Below, piece after piece: positions 50,103-63,058 of a stretch of DNA of 64,000 nucleotides. This DNA is from Octopus vulgaris (Eukaryota). The notes beneath the pieces were generated by a model that saw nothing but the letters and a program-made list of their open reading frames with translations, was not told where the DNA came from and searched no databases. Position 1 is the first letter of the stretch, and every line of letters begins with the position of its first letter. The position numbers and the translations under genes were made by a program. The stretch spans positions 214,334,001-214,398,000 of the forward strand of contig OX597814.1 of the NCBI GenBank assembly GCA_951406725.2. The letters run 5' to 3'.

Positions 50103-51225
50103 CATCATCATCATCATTAAAATCTGTTATCCATGCTGGCATGGGTTGGACGGTTTGGCCAGAGCTGGCAAGCTCATGAGCTGCACCAGGTACCAGTCTG
50201 ATTTGGCATGGTTTCTACAGCTGGATGCCCTTCCTAAAAGCCAACCACTTTACAGAGTGTGCAGGGTACTTTTATGTGGCATCACATGGGTAGTTTTATG
50301 TGGCACTGCACTCGTACAGGACTCTTGTTGGTCAATCCTTCCCATCAGTGGGACTGGACTTAACAAATCTACTGTGGATCATGGGTATTCTTGAGTACAT
50401 GATGGTACCAGGCATCTTCATCCTTTGCCATCTTGCCTGAAATGTTCAGCATCCTGAGGTTATTCTTCAGTACTTTGTCCCATGTCTTCCTGGGTCTCCC
50501 ACTTTTACATATTCCATCTACTTTGAGAGATCAACACTTTATGAAGCTGTCGGCATCCATCTGCATCAAATGACCAAACCCACACGGTCTTCTCTCTTGC
50601 ACACAGCATCTAATACCTCTTATGCTTAACTTCTCTCCCAATACACTAGCACTCTGTTGAACATGAACACTTACATTACAAACCCAGCAGAGCATACTAG
50701 CCTCATTCTTCTCTAACATTTGCATGTCCTCAGCATTCAGGTCCCACAGCTCACTATCATATAGAATTGATCTCCATATACACGTATCACACAATCTTTC
50801 TTTCACTTGGACAGAGAAACGTTTTGTGGCCAATAGAGGTAAAAGCTCTCTGAATTTCCTCCATCCTATTCTTATTCTAGCTATCACTCTCTCTCTCTGT
50901 GCAACTTCCTTCATTACTAATTTGGTTCCCTAGGTAGCAGAAATTATCTACTACCTCTAATGAGCCACCAGGGCATTTGAGAGAATCAATTTTCTGAGTT
51001 TCTATAGTTTTTATGGATCCTGTGCATCTTCCACATACAAACACTATACCTTCTCTGATAGTCCTCCTATTAATCCACTGTACTTCTTGTGTGTCCATAG
51101 CTTACACTGAGTACACCATATGGAGTTCTTGCCTACATCTTTTGTACAAATCGAACAGGACCACCTACTCGAGTGTGGTAGTGTCCTGTCTGCTTTCTTG
51201 CTTACTAGGACCTTAGTCTGACTAG
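50103..51225 (-). mobile_element. Decayed RTE-type LINE 3' portion with Cys-rich insert, ending in a family-B tail
   Basis: WSCSIC.KDVGKNSIWCTQCKLWTHKKYSG, FVCGRC, FCYLGNQIS and ARIRIGWRKFRELLPLL...RR..GFGHL, followed on the same strand by the family-B terminus and (GAT)n. Confidence 0.88.
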
Positions 51226-51365
51226 ACGTGTGTGTATGTGTGTGTGTATATATGTGTATATATATATATATATGTAAACATACACATATATACACATACA
51301 TGTGTGTGATGTAACATCTGTTTGCATTATTTACTTTAGATTGAATTTTTCCTTATTCATTTCAG

Positions 51366-51509
51366 GGAATTTTGGATAAGAACAGTACCCAGACTTTGGG
51401 AAGTCTTTATAACGAGGATCTCTGCAATGATGACTTTTGCAATGATGACATTCAGATTCTTAATTTTACCATCTATAAATCTGAAAAGCAAACAGCCATG
51501 CAGGCAACA
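51366..51509 (+). CDS. USP47: USP47-like exon 3 (GILDKNSTQTLGSLYNEDLCNDDFCNDDIQILNFTIYKSEKQTAMQAT)
   Basis: tttcag acceptor, GTAAGT donor at 51510, 144 nt open, phase 0/0, consistent with neighbouring exons. Protein similarity is only weak. Confidence 0.75.
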
Positions 51510-53427
51510 GTAAGTTGATTTCATTTTAATTTTGTCTGTTTTAATATTATTAAAAATGTTAGTGACATGAATTTAAAAAAAAAAGTCGTTAAAATTATAT
51601 AAATTTACTATAGGATACTCATTACCTCTTATTGTTTTAAGTCTGAATTTTTTTCTTAGTTTTTGCCGAGATAGTATTCAGTGTAATTTAGATTTCTCAG
51701 TATGAAACCGATGAACTCAAACTGAGGGTGGAAAAGAAGAGAAAAAGTTTTGAGTTTCAGGTTAAAATTCTATTTTACTGTCTAAATCATTCATTTTATA
51801 AGTAGATTTCACATTCATACCATGCTTTTCATTTGTCTTATATCGTGCATTTTCTAAAACGGTGTTGTTGGTTGTAGGCTTACAACTGGCTAATCAGTGG
51901 TTGAGTGTATTTCTGATAGTGAGGGTGAGAAGGGCATGTCTGTACAACTATGATGATTAAATACTTCAAGGTATTTTTGTTGCACCAGTTTATTGTCACT
52001 TTTCTTTATATATATATATATATTACCGTCCGTGTAGCATCTCTTGTATTCCTTCCCATGACTTTCATCACCTACGTTCCTGGCCTCACTTCCACACACG
52101 CCAGCTTAATTTAATTCGTCCTTAGTCGAAAGACACCTGTTGTAAATGTCTTGTTGTTTGTATTTGTAATTCTGTTTCATTTCTCTGTTTTTTTTTTCAT
52201 CCTTGTTTTTGTATACATTCACTTGCTTTCTTTCAAAGAATCTACTGCTCTTAGCTTAGATTTTTCTTGGGGCTGGCCAGATTGGAGCAGTCTTAAGTGT
52301 AACTGGCCAAAACTGCAACGATGATCTGGTACTTGATTGACGAAAGAAAGCTCCGAATGACCCGTCCTTGTTTTTTTCCTGTCCTTTTTTGTATCGTCTA
52401 ACTGTCTGGATGTTTTATTGTCACCTGTATTTTCTTGTGTTTTTTTTCTATATATACATATTGTGGCGTACATACACTTTTGGTCTTCTGTATGCGTATA
52501 TATATAGATGTGTGTATGTGTATATATATATACACACACACACACATGCTCACATACACACTTACATACATGACATGCTTTTGTGAAATTTTGACTACGA
52601 AATTTCTCTCAAGACAACAGAGAATTTGAGGCCCTTATGAAATTTACTGGCCCAAGCTACTGCACTGGAATTGAACTCAGAACTGTGCACTTGCAAACTG
52701 AAGATCTTAACTACAGAGCCATACCTGTGTCCATTTTTGCATAACATGTTTTCTAAGAGATATTTACATTTTAAAAATTTTTTATCTGTTTTCATTGACA
52801 TCAAAACTGAAATAAAGTAAGTAATGTTAATAAAATATGTTCTAAGTGCTGCTATACTTTAAAGGTGATGTTATTGTGGTGTTACTACCTATTTATTTAT
52901 TTCAATGACCAATTTTTGATTTCATCCATACCATCATTATATTTGTTAAATATAATGAGCTGTTGATGAATTGATTAAAGTACCAAATTCACGCCTGGTA
53001 AATAAAATCCAGTGAAATGTACAGGTTTGTTTATGAAGGCGCAGTACTTCGCTTAACCCGTCTGACTGAAAAATACTTACACTCTCAAATAATGTAACTT
53101 TAGACTTCTTTCTCACTTCAGCAAAGAAAACTTTATAAGATATATGTAACAGTTGTCATCAACATAGATATTAGACAGCTAATTGTCCCAAATTTGTCTG
53201 ATACTAAACTTGTATTCAGTTAATGAGTTCATTTACAATTTCTGTTGGCAACTAGTTGATGTTAAACAACTTTGACTATTGTGTAGAACTTGATCGGTTA
53301 CTTCTCTATTTTTAGTATTGTTATGTTTTTTTTGTATAACTGTCTAGTTTAAGATTTGGCAAGAATCATTCATTCTAAACAGTGAAACTTTTGTTTATTT
53401 TTCTTTTGCTATTTTCTATTTCTCCAG

Positions 53428-53623
53428 ACTGAAGGTTGTTCTAATATATCATTAATCATCCAAAAACAAGAAACTTCTGAAGCACCAACCACTCATGGAT
53501 GTGAAACCCAGGATCACGTTGGTTCTGAAGTATCACCAAATTACAGTTGTGAAGTTAAAGAGGAAATACAAGCCAGCTCTATAGACCATAGTTACTATTT
53601 GAGTCATCACAAATCAGAAACTG
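53428..53623 (+). CDS. USP47: USP47-like exon 4 (TEGCSN...YYLSHHKSET+G)
   Basis: Long pyrimidine tract plus CAG, open frame, ends in the conserved KSETG just before the Cys box. GTGAGC donor, phase 1. Confidence 0.88.
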
Positions 53624-54946
53624 GTGAGCTATGCCACATCAAAAGCTTATTGGGTTTTCTTTTAAATACGTGCTACTTGATGGTAATTAAAAAAAAAAAA
53701 ATTCTGAAAAGCAGACATTGTTATAGTTGGATTGGAAGTAGTGAATCACGACTTGTAAGATATGTAGGGAATGGGAATTTCCAAGTTGATCTAACAAGCG
53801 GAGCATGACATGGTTCTTTCTTGAAATAATGTTTGCGTTTAGTTTTGTTTCAAATGGGGACTATTTGGTTTTGTTTCATTATTTTCAAAAGGTAATGTGA
53901 ATGTTTTAGCCTGATAACAGCAGGTAGATACATAGTCGACCCGGGCAGAATTTGAACTCAGAACGTAAAGACAGACGAAATACTGATTGCCTTGTGGAAA
54001 TTGATTAAAACCCAAAATTCTGAGTAGATGAAACCATCTCATTTTTTTTGTGCCACTAAAATTGGTGGACTGGGTGGGATTTGATGATAAAAATTTCAAT
54101 CCTGATGATTATTATTGAAGCTGATTCATAGGAAAGAAGTTTGTGTGTTGCACTTTATCATAAAACTTTGCTGGTATTGATTTCTAACTTTGGCATAGAT
54201 TTCACTGTTTGGAGAAGGGTACAGATTGATCACCAGTAATGATTGGTACTTCAACACTGCAAAGATGAAAGGCAAAATTGAATTCAATGGGATTTGAATT
54301 CACAATATTAAGTGCAGAAACTAAGTGCTGTAAGGTGTTTTGCCTGACATCTTACAACCAGTCCATCACCTTTTATAAACTTTACTAATATTGGCTGCAA
54401 TCATCTTGATTTTACTAAAGGGATTGAATTTAAAGAACCCTTATGGATGGTGGCCAGATGGTGGCCTTATAGATGGTGTAAATTTTTTCCATTTGAGAAG
54501 GAGCAAACTATGAAAGGATTTCAAATATTCTTTTCTACTCTAGGCTCAAGGCCCAAAATTTTGAGGAGGGGGCCAGTCAATTAGATGGATTCCAGTATGC
54601 AGCTGATACTTAAGTTATCGACCCTGAAAGGATGAAAGGCATAGTCGACCTGGGTGGAATTTGAACGCAGAACGTAAAGACAGACAAAATATTGCTAAGC
54701 ATTTTGCCCGGCATTCTAACGTTTCTGCTAGCTTGCCACCTTAAAAGGATTTCAAATATTGATAAAAGATGGAAGTTGATATTTAGGTTTTAAAAGCTAT
54801 TTTCTGTTGTGTAGTAATGTTTTTCTTGGTAAACCATTGTATGGTGCAGAATGTCATTCTGTGAATATCCAAAGGGATGTGAATAGATATTGCCCATAAT
54901 GTTATAGACATATCTTCATTGTTATTTCAGTATAAAGATAGTCATA

Positions 54947-55342
54947 TCTTTATATATAAAAGAGAGGTTGTGTGCTGTCTGTCTCCTACGATTTAGATTC
55001 CTAACTACTCCCACATTTTGCGGTACAGTTTAACCAAAACCGGGTATCTTATAGTCGTGATTCATATCAAGCCCTTCTGGGTATTAGCACGCGTCTAAAA
55101 TGAGTCTACGATTTAAAAAAAAATTTACCATCAATTTTTCCCATTTTTAATGCATTTTTGGCATATATAAGGGAAGTAACTCTCTAAAAATTTATTATTA
55201 AATCTCAGAACGTAAAAAGTTACAGTAACACCCCTACTTTGTGGTTAGCCATATTGAGATGGCTATTATACTTTACATCTCTAAAAATGCTTATATAGTT
55301 ATTTCCCTTACAAACCCGAGCAACGCCGGGCGATACTGCTAG
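54947..55342 (+). mobile_element. Non-autonomous Helitron, copy 3
   Basis: Same TC...hairpin...CTAG structure at an A|T site. Confidence 0.9.
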
Positions 55343-56195
55343 TTTAATATAAAATGTTTAAGATAGTGATTTAAAACCTTTATAGATTTTATATTAGCAT
55401 TATATTCACATTGTACTTTGCTATTTTCTTTTTAGTCTGGTTTACTGACAAATTCCTGATTTTATCTGTGTGGAATGTATTACTGTTTATATTTGCAAGT
55501 TTGTTGGATTGGGGATGTATAGAATATAAGTTAGAAATGAGAACTACAACAGACTGTAGATAGGAATTACATGCATTTTATATATACTAGCATATAGGAC
55601 ATAATGTCAGTGTGATTTGATAAGATACTGCATTAAATTTTAACAAAATACTTCATTAAAAATAATTTTATTTTTTCTTCCGGTGGCATGTAAGAGAACC
55701 ATCCGAACGTGGCCGTGGCCAGCGCTGACTGGCCTCCATGCCGGTGGCACGTAAAGAGCGCCATCCAATTGTGGCCCTTGCGAGTTTTGCCTGGTCTCCA
55801 TGCCGGTGGCACGTAAAAAGCACCATCCGATCATGGCCGTTTGCCAGCTTCATCTGGCACGTAAAAAGCACCCACTACACTCACGGAGTGGTTGGCGTTA
55901 GGAAGGGCATCCGGCTGTAGAAACACTGCCAGATCAGACTGGGCCTGGTGCAGCCTTCTGGCTTCCCAGACCCCAGTTGAACTGTCCAACCCATGCTAGC
56001 ATGGAAAGCAGACGTTAAATGATGATGATGATGATGATGATCATTATATTGTTGAGACTAAAAATTAAGTTTTGTCACTTATCTCTTTTATTCTAACAAA
56101 TAAAATGGTTTATTGTACTTTTTATTTCGAATCTTCAGTAACCATTATTTGAGATTTTGAGTTGTAAATTTTATAAACTGAATTAAACTGTATAA

Positions 56196-56761
<566 letters not shown>

Positions 56762-58660
56762 GTTATTGTTTGTAAGATGGTTAAAAATTTTCTACAAGAG
56801 TTATTGTTTGTAAGATGGTTGATAATTTTCTACGAGAGTTATTGTTTGTAAGATGGTTAATAATTTTCTACGAGAGTTATTGTTTGTAAGATGGTTAATA
56901 ATTTTCTACAAGAGTTATTGTTTGTAAGATGGTTAATAATTTTCTACGAGAGTTATTGTTTGTAAGATGGTTGATAATTTTCTACAAGAGTTATTGTTTG
57001 TAAGATGGTTAATAATTTTCTACAAGAGTTATTGTTTGTAAGATGGTTAATAATTTTCTACAAGAGTTATTGTTTGTAAGATGGTTAATAATTTTCTACA
57101 AGAGTTATTGTTTGTAAGATGGTTAATAATTTTCTACAAGAGTTATTGTTTGTAAGATGGTTAATAATTTTCTACGAGAGTTATTGTTTGTAAGATGGTT
57201 GATAATTTTCTACGAGAGTTATTGTTTGTAAGATGGTTAATAATTTTCTACAAGAGTTATTGTTTGTAAGATGGTTGATAATTTTCTACAAGAGTTATTG
57301 TTTGTAAGATGGTTGATAATTTTCTACAAGAGTTATTGTTTGTAAGATGGTTGATAATTTTCTACAAGAGTTATTGTTTGTAAGATGGTTAATAATTTTC
57401 TACAAGAGTTATTGTTTGTAAGATGGTTAATAATTTTCTACAAGAGTTATTGTTTGTAAGATGGTTAATAATTTTCTACAAGAGTTATTGTTTGTAAGAT
57501 GGTTAATAATTTTCTACAAGAGTTATTGTTTGTAAGATGGTTAATAATTTTCTACAAGAGTTATTGTTTGTAAGATGGTTAATAATTTTCTACCAGAGTT
57601 ATTGTTTGTAAGATGGTTAAAAATTTTCTACAAGAGTTATTGTTTGTAAGATGGTTGATAATTTTCTACGAGAGTTATTGTTTGTAAGATGGTTGATAAT
57701 TTTCTACAAGAGTTATTGTTTGTAAGATGGTTGATAATTTTCTACGAGAGTTATTGTTTGTAAGATGGTTGATAATTTTCTACAAGAGTTATTGTTTGTA
57801 AGATGGTTGATAATTTTCTACGAGAGTTATTGTTTGTAAGATGGTTGATAATTTTCTACAAGAGTTATTGTTTGTAAGATGGTTAATAATTTTCTACAAG
57901 AGTTATTGTTTGTAAGATGGTTAATAATTTTCTACAAGAGTTATTGTTTGTAAGATGGTTAATAATTTTCTACAAGAGTTATTGTTTGTAAGATGGTTGA
58001 TAATTTTCTACAAGAGTTATTGTTTGTAAGATGGTTAATAATTTTCTACAAGAGTTATTGTTTGTAAGATGGTTAATAATTTTCTACGAGAGTTATTGTT
58101 TGTAAGATGGTTGATAATTTTCTACGAGAGTTATTGTTTGTAAGATGGTTGATAATTTTCTACAAGAGCTATTGTTTGTAAGATGGTTAATAATTTTCTA
58201 CAAGAGTTATTGTTTGTAAGATGGTTAATAATTTTCTACAAGAGTTATTGTTTGTAAGATGGTTAATAATTTTCTACAAGAGTTATTGTTTGTAAGATGG
58301 TTGATAATTTTCTACAAAAGTTATTGTTTGTAAGATGGTTAATAATTTTCTACAAGAGTTATTGTTTGTAAGATGGTTAATAATTTTCTACAAGAGTTAT
58401 TGTTTGTAAGATGGTTAATAATTTTCTACAAGAGTTATTGTTTGTAAGATGGTTAATAATTTTCTACAAGAGTTATTGTTTGTAAGATGGTTAATAATTT
58501 TCTACAAGAGTTATTGTTTGTAAGATGGTTAATAATTTTCTACAAGAGTTATTGTTTGTAAGATGGTTAATAATTTTCTACAAGAGTTATTGTTTGTAAG
58601 ATGGTTAATAATTTTCTACAAGAGTTATTGTTTGTAAGATGGTTAATAATTTTCTACAAG
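56762..58660 (-). repeat. Tandem array of 50 x 38-bp units
   Basis: + strand unit GTTATTGTTTGTAAGATGGTT(A/G)ATAATTTTCTAC(A/G)AGA. First and last unit starts (56762, 58624) are exactly 49 x 38 apart. Confidence 0.97.
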
Positions 58661-58772
58661 CCTTATGTTTGTTTACTAATTTATGTTTTAACATCGTTTT
58701 GTGTATCTGTGGATCTATTATGTTGTTGTTCTAAGCATATAAATAAATGACAATTTTTTTTTTAAATACCAG

Positions 58773-58851
58773 ATGGGAATTTACTGGCAGCAAAGAAGAA
58801 GCTGTAAAGAGTATTCCCTACCAGCTTCAGAAACTATTTTTGACTTTACAG
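58773..58851 (+). CDS. USP47: USP47-like exon 6 (R-WEFTGSKEEAVKSIPYQLQKLFLTLQ)
   Basis: CAG acceptor, GTGAGC donor, phases 2/0, and the SIPYQLQxLF motif of the USP7/USP47 group. Confidence 0.95.
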
Positions 58852-58867
58852 GTGAGCTTGTTATTAT

Positions 58868-59068
58868 TCTCTTTTACTCTTTTACTTGTTTCAGTCATTT
58901 GACTGCAGCCATGCTGGAGCACTGCCTTTTAGTGGAGCAAATCGACCCCGGGACTTATTCTTTTTTTGTAAGCCCAGTACTTATTCCATCGGTCTCTTTT
59001 GCCGAACCGCTAAGTGACGGGGACATAAACACACCAGCATCGGTTGTCAAGCAATGCTAGGGGGACAA

Positions 59069-59127
<59 letters not shown>

Positions 59128-59425
59128 CCTGCCTCGCTTAGCCAGCGGGGTAGAGTCATTCGAAGGCTAAAACAATGCGAACGCATTGTGACCAGCGATG
59201 TGTAACAACATCTGATGGTCTGGTCGGTCACGTGATCACGTGATATATACATACATATATACGACGGGCTTCTTTCAGTTTCCGTCTACCAAATCCACTC
59301 ACAAGGCTTCGGTCGGCCTGAGGCTATAGTAGACGACACTTGCCCAAGGTGCTACACAGTGGGACTGAACCCGGAACCATGTGGTTGGTAAACAAGCTAC
59401 TTACCACACAGCCACTCCTGCACCT
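58868..59425 (-). mobile_element. SINE family C interrupted in its (TA)n by a family A type-1 tail fragment (59125-59243, +)
   Basis: The family C halves flank a GGCCTGC...CACGTGATCACGTGAT fragment. Confidence 0.85.
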
Positions 59426-59614
59426 AGCTTAGCTTAGCTTTTAATTTATTTTAGATTTATTTATTAAAAAAAATTCACATTTAGTTTATTGCTCATTGAC
59501 AAATATGACCTACTGCTAGTTACTCTTATTCTATTACTGCTGTTGTAATTCATTTAGGTTTGAGAGCTTGTTCTTGGTATGTTTCTGAAACATTTATTCA
59601 AAATAACATTTTTC

Positions 59615-60366
59615 GGATCTTTTCGGTTTGAACGGCAGTTTTTTCTAGCGGTGTCATGAAATTGTCACCCATAATTATGACCCTAGTATCGATCTATTGC
59701 ATTTCAATCTGTTTTAGGGTTAGGGGTGAGAGGAAGGGTATCTTTTTTCCTTCACAAATGTAAATAAACCCATTCTGTTTCTTAAACGAGGGACATATTC
59801 GTACGGCACAGAATGGTTTTTTTTTTTTAACCTCAATAGACACCATTGATTGGTTGAAATTGCAGAAATTGAAGAAAAAAAAAAACAACAAATATCTTAC
59901 AAACTATAGAATTTTCTCAATGAAGCCAAGAGAAAAAGATGTTCGGATCTTTTCGGTTTGAACGGCAGTTTTTTTTCTAGCAGTGTCATGAAATTGTCAC
60001 CCATAATTATGACCCTAGTATCGATCTATTGCATTTCAATCTGTTTTAGGGTTAGGGTTGCTTAGGGATTGGGGGAAGGGTATCTTTTTTTCTTCAGAAA
60101 TGTAAATAAACCCAATCTGTTTCTTAAACGAGGGACATATTCATACGGCACTGAATGTTTTTAACCTCAATAGACGTCATTGATTGATTGAAATTGCAGA
60201 AATTGAAGAAAAAAAAAACCAAAAAATATCTTACAAACTATAGAATTTTCTCAATAAAGCCAAGAGAAAACGATATTTTATAAACACATTCTACCAGTAT
60301 ACGAAGTTTAAAATTTTTTAGTTACCTAGAAATTGTTAAAAACTGCCATTCAGACCGAAAAGATCC
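59615..60366. mobile_element. Merlin-like MITE composite (partial unit 59615-59944 plus full unit 59945-60366)
   Basis: GG...CC TIR ends, with a perfect 8-bp TSD CATTTTTC (59607-59614, 60367-60374) around the whole composite. Confidence 0.82.
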
Positions 60367-61063
60367 CATTTTTCCACTTAGGTAGGCATGGTTGCTTCGC
60401 AACTATATGGTTTTAAGTTCAGTCTTATTGCCCGATATTTACAGTGCAGACTTGTGGAATAAAGAAAACCCTTTATTTGTAAAACAGTAAAGATAGCAAC
60501 AGGAGGAGCATCTAGCTGTAAAATCCTGCCTCAAAATAAGTCCTCATCTAACCTATGTCAACATGGAAAAATGGATGTTTACTAAATGAGAAAATGAATA
60601 TTTTTCAGCCTTCCATTTTCAACAAATGGTCTCCTAAATCATACATCTTAATTATTCAGTATTTATGTGGTGTTTGTGGCCATGTTTCGGTGCTGGATGC
60701 CATTTCAGATACTAACAGCTGAATAATTTTATAAATGAAAACTCACATTAGAGGCAATCACAATTTTTGTAACATATTTTAAGGTTGGACTTTATTTCAA
60801 TAAGATTGCTTTTGAAAAACCTTTCAATCCCAAAAGTAGTAACTATCAATCAATCAGTCATTATCATCATCATCATTTTAATGTTTATTTCCTATGTGTG
60901 CATGGGTCGGGTGAGATATGTTGAGGCAGCCAGCCCTTTCTCTTAACTGCTTTCAAGTACTTTAGTATTCCCCCTCTAGTCTGGACATACTTTCTTGGAA
61001 AATTGCAAGCTAACCCCTCAGCTTGTTTGGTGGTGATGTGTTTTTTAAAATTTTTTTTTTATA

Positions 61064-61260
61064 TACTTGTTTCAGTCATTTGACTGCGGCCATGCTGGAG
61101 CACCGCCTTTAGTCGAGCAACTCGATCCCGGGACTTATTCTTTTTGTAAGCCCAGTACTTATTCCATCGGTCTCTTTTGCCAAACCGCTAGGTGACGGGG
61201 ACGTAAACACACCAGCATCGGTTGTCAAGCGATGTTGGGGGGACAAACACAGACACACAA

Positions 61261-61352
<92 letters not shown>

Positions 61353-61512
61353 CAGGCTTCTTTCAGTTTCCGTCTACCAAATCCACTCACAATCATTGGT
61401 CGGCTCGAGGCTATAGCAGAAGACACTTGCCCGAGATGCCACGCAGTGGGACTGAACCCGGAACTATGTGGTTGGTAAGGAAGCTACTTACCACACAGCT
61501 ACTCCTGCGCCT
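61064..61512 (-). mobile_element. SINE family C
   Basis: Near full-length copy with a long (CA)n. Confidence 0.88.
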
Positions 61513-61707
61513 GTTTGTTTACAATTTATGCATGATGCCAAAACAAGGCAACACACACAGAGCTTCTTTCAGTTTCCCACTACCAAATCTACTATAGTAA
61601 AAGATCCTATGATAAGGTGCCATGCATTAGGACTGAACTTAAAACCACATAGTTGTGAAGTGAACTTCTCAACCTCACAGCCTTTCCTGCACCTATTAAG
61701 TGTAAAT

Positions 61708-62019
61708 CACGTGATCACGTGACCGACCAGACCATCAGACGTTGTTACACATCATTGGTCACAATGCGCTTCGCATTGTTTTAGCCTTCGAATGACGCCA
61801 CCCCGCTGGCTAAGCGAGCAGGCCAACGGAAGAAGAAAGAGTGGGAGAAAGAGTGGTGAAAGAGTACAGCAGGGATCACCACCCCCCTGCCGGAGCCTTG
61901 TGGAGCTTTTTTAGGTGTTTTCGCTCAATAAACACTCACAACGCCCGGTCTGGGAATCGAAACCGCGATCCTACGACCGCGAGTCCGCTGCCCTAACCAC
62001 TGGGCCATTGCGCCTCCAC
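61708..62019 (-). mobile_element. SINE family A with tail type 1
   Basis: 13-bp TSD ATTAAGTGTAAAT and (CACGTGAT)2 tail. Confidence 0.9.
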
Positions 62020-62200
62020 ATTAAGTGTAAATAATAGAGATATCTAATTTACTTATTTGACTTTAAATAGGATATAATGTGAAAGTTGCTAATCTTACTG
62101 GCTTATAGTGAAAATCATTTAAAAATTCTGTGTAGTTTATTTTATATATCATTCAGTGTTGTATTTACTAATATGTATGTTTTTTCTGTTACCGTTGCAG

Positions 62201-62267
62201 ACTAGTTGTAAAAGAGCCATTGAAACCACTGATTTGACTCTCAGTTTTGGTTGGGATAGCAGTGAAG
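62201..62267 (+). CDS. USP47: USP47-like exon 7 (TSCKRAIETTDLTLSFGWDSSE+G)
   Basis: ttgcag acceptor, GT donor at 62268, phases 0/1, and the RAIETTD..SFGWDSSE motif. Confidence 0.95.
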
Positions 62268-62507
62268 GTATTAAATCATATAATATATTTTTCTTACTGA
62301 CGTATCAGTACATATACATACGTTCACATGTACATACACATGTACACACACACACAGACACGTCTACACACTCTCCTAAATACTCACATACATACGTAAG
62401 TACATACATAACGGGAAGCTTTATGAAAATAAACAAAAGACGAAGGCAGGTGGAAAACAAACAAACAATTGTATTAGTATGGCGCTCAGGAATATAAAAT
62501 AAACAAG

Positions 62508-62545
62508 TCTTTTACGTTTCGAGCCTACGCTCTTCAACAGAAAGA
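62508..62545 (-). ncRNA. Minimal type-I hammerhead ribozyme-like motif within a probable Penelope-like repeat remnant (~62410-62628)
   Basis: The - strand reads TCTTT CTGTTGA A GAGC GTAG GCTC GAA AC GT A AAAGA: 5-bp stem I, 4-bp stem II, palindromic ACGT stem III. The core differs from CUGANGA at A6. Confidence 0.55.
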
Positions 62546-62667
62546 TACACAGAAAAGAAACACGGAGAGAAACAAGGAGAGAAAAAAAATGCGTGCAGAA
62601 GCTAGCGATACATACATACATACATGCGTATAGGCATGCACACATGCATGTACAAACATACATGCAT

Positions 62668-62701
<34 letters not shown>

Positions 62702-63058
62702 CATGAACTAACTGTTACTTTCTCAGATGCAGCACAGAATTTTGTCAGTGATCAGGTCGCTGTCTCAAAGCGACGAAAATATTTTGACACAAATTAAATT
62801 TAAATGTTGAAGTGAATCTAACGGTTTTTGTGTTTCTTAAATGGCATATAAACAGCTTCCACGCTGCAGTTGTTATATTTTTCTTGTTGGATTTAAAATA
62901 AAATTAGACATTTTAATGTGCAATTTCTGAGCTCTGTAACTTCATAGGTTATATTCATAACAGCTGTAGTATTTTGTAACTTTATATCTGAGGTGTTATA
63001 TTTTATACAAAAAAAATTTTTTTTTCTTTTCGTTATCTGTCCTGTTTGGTTTCATTAG

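Noticed and set aside
56762-58660. CRISPR-like 38-bp repeat
   Set aside because: The length is similar to CRISPR repeats, but units are head-to-tail with no spacers and derive from LINE sequence.
58773-59060. Track ORF starting MGIYWQQ
   Set aside because: Wrong frame: the real exon 6 is read in phase 2 (R-WEFTG...), and the ORF runs into a SINE.
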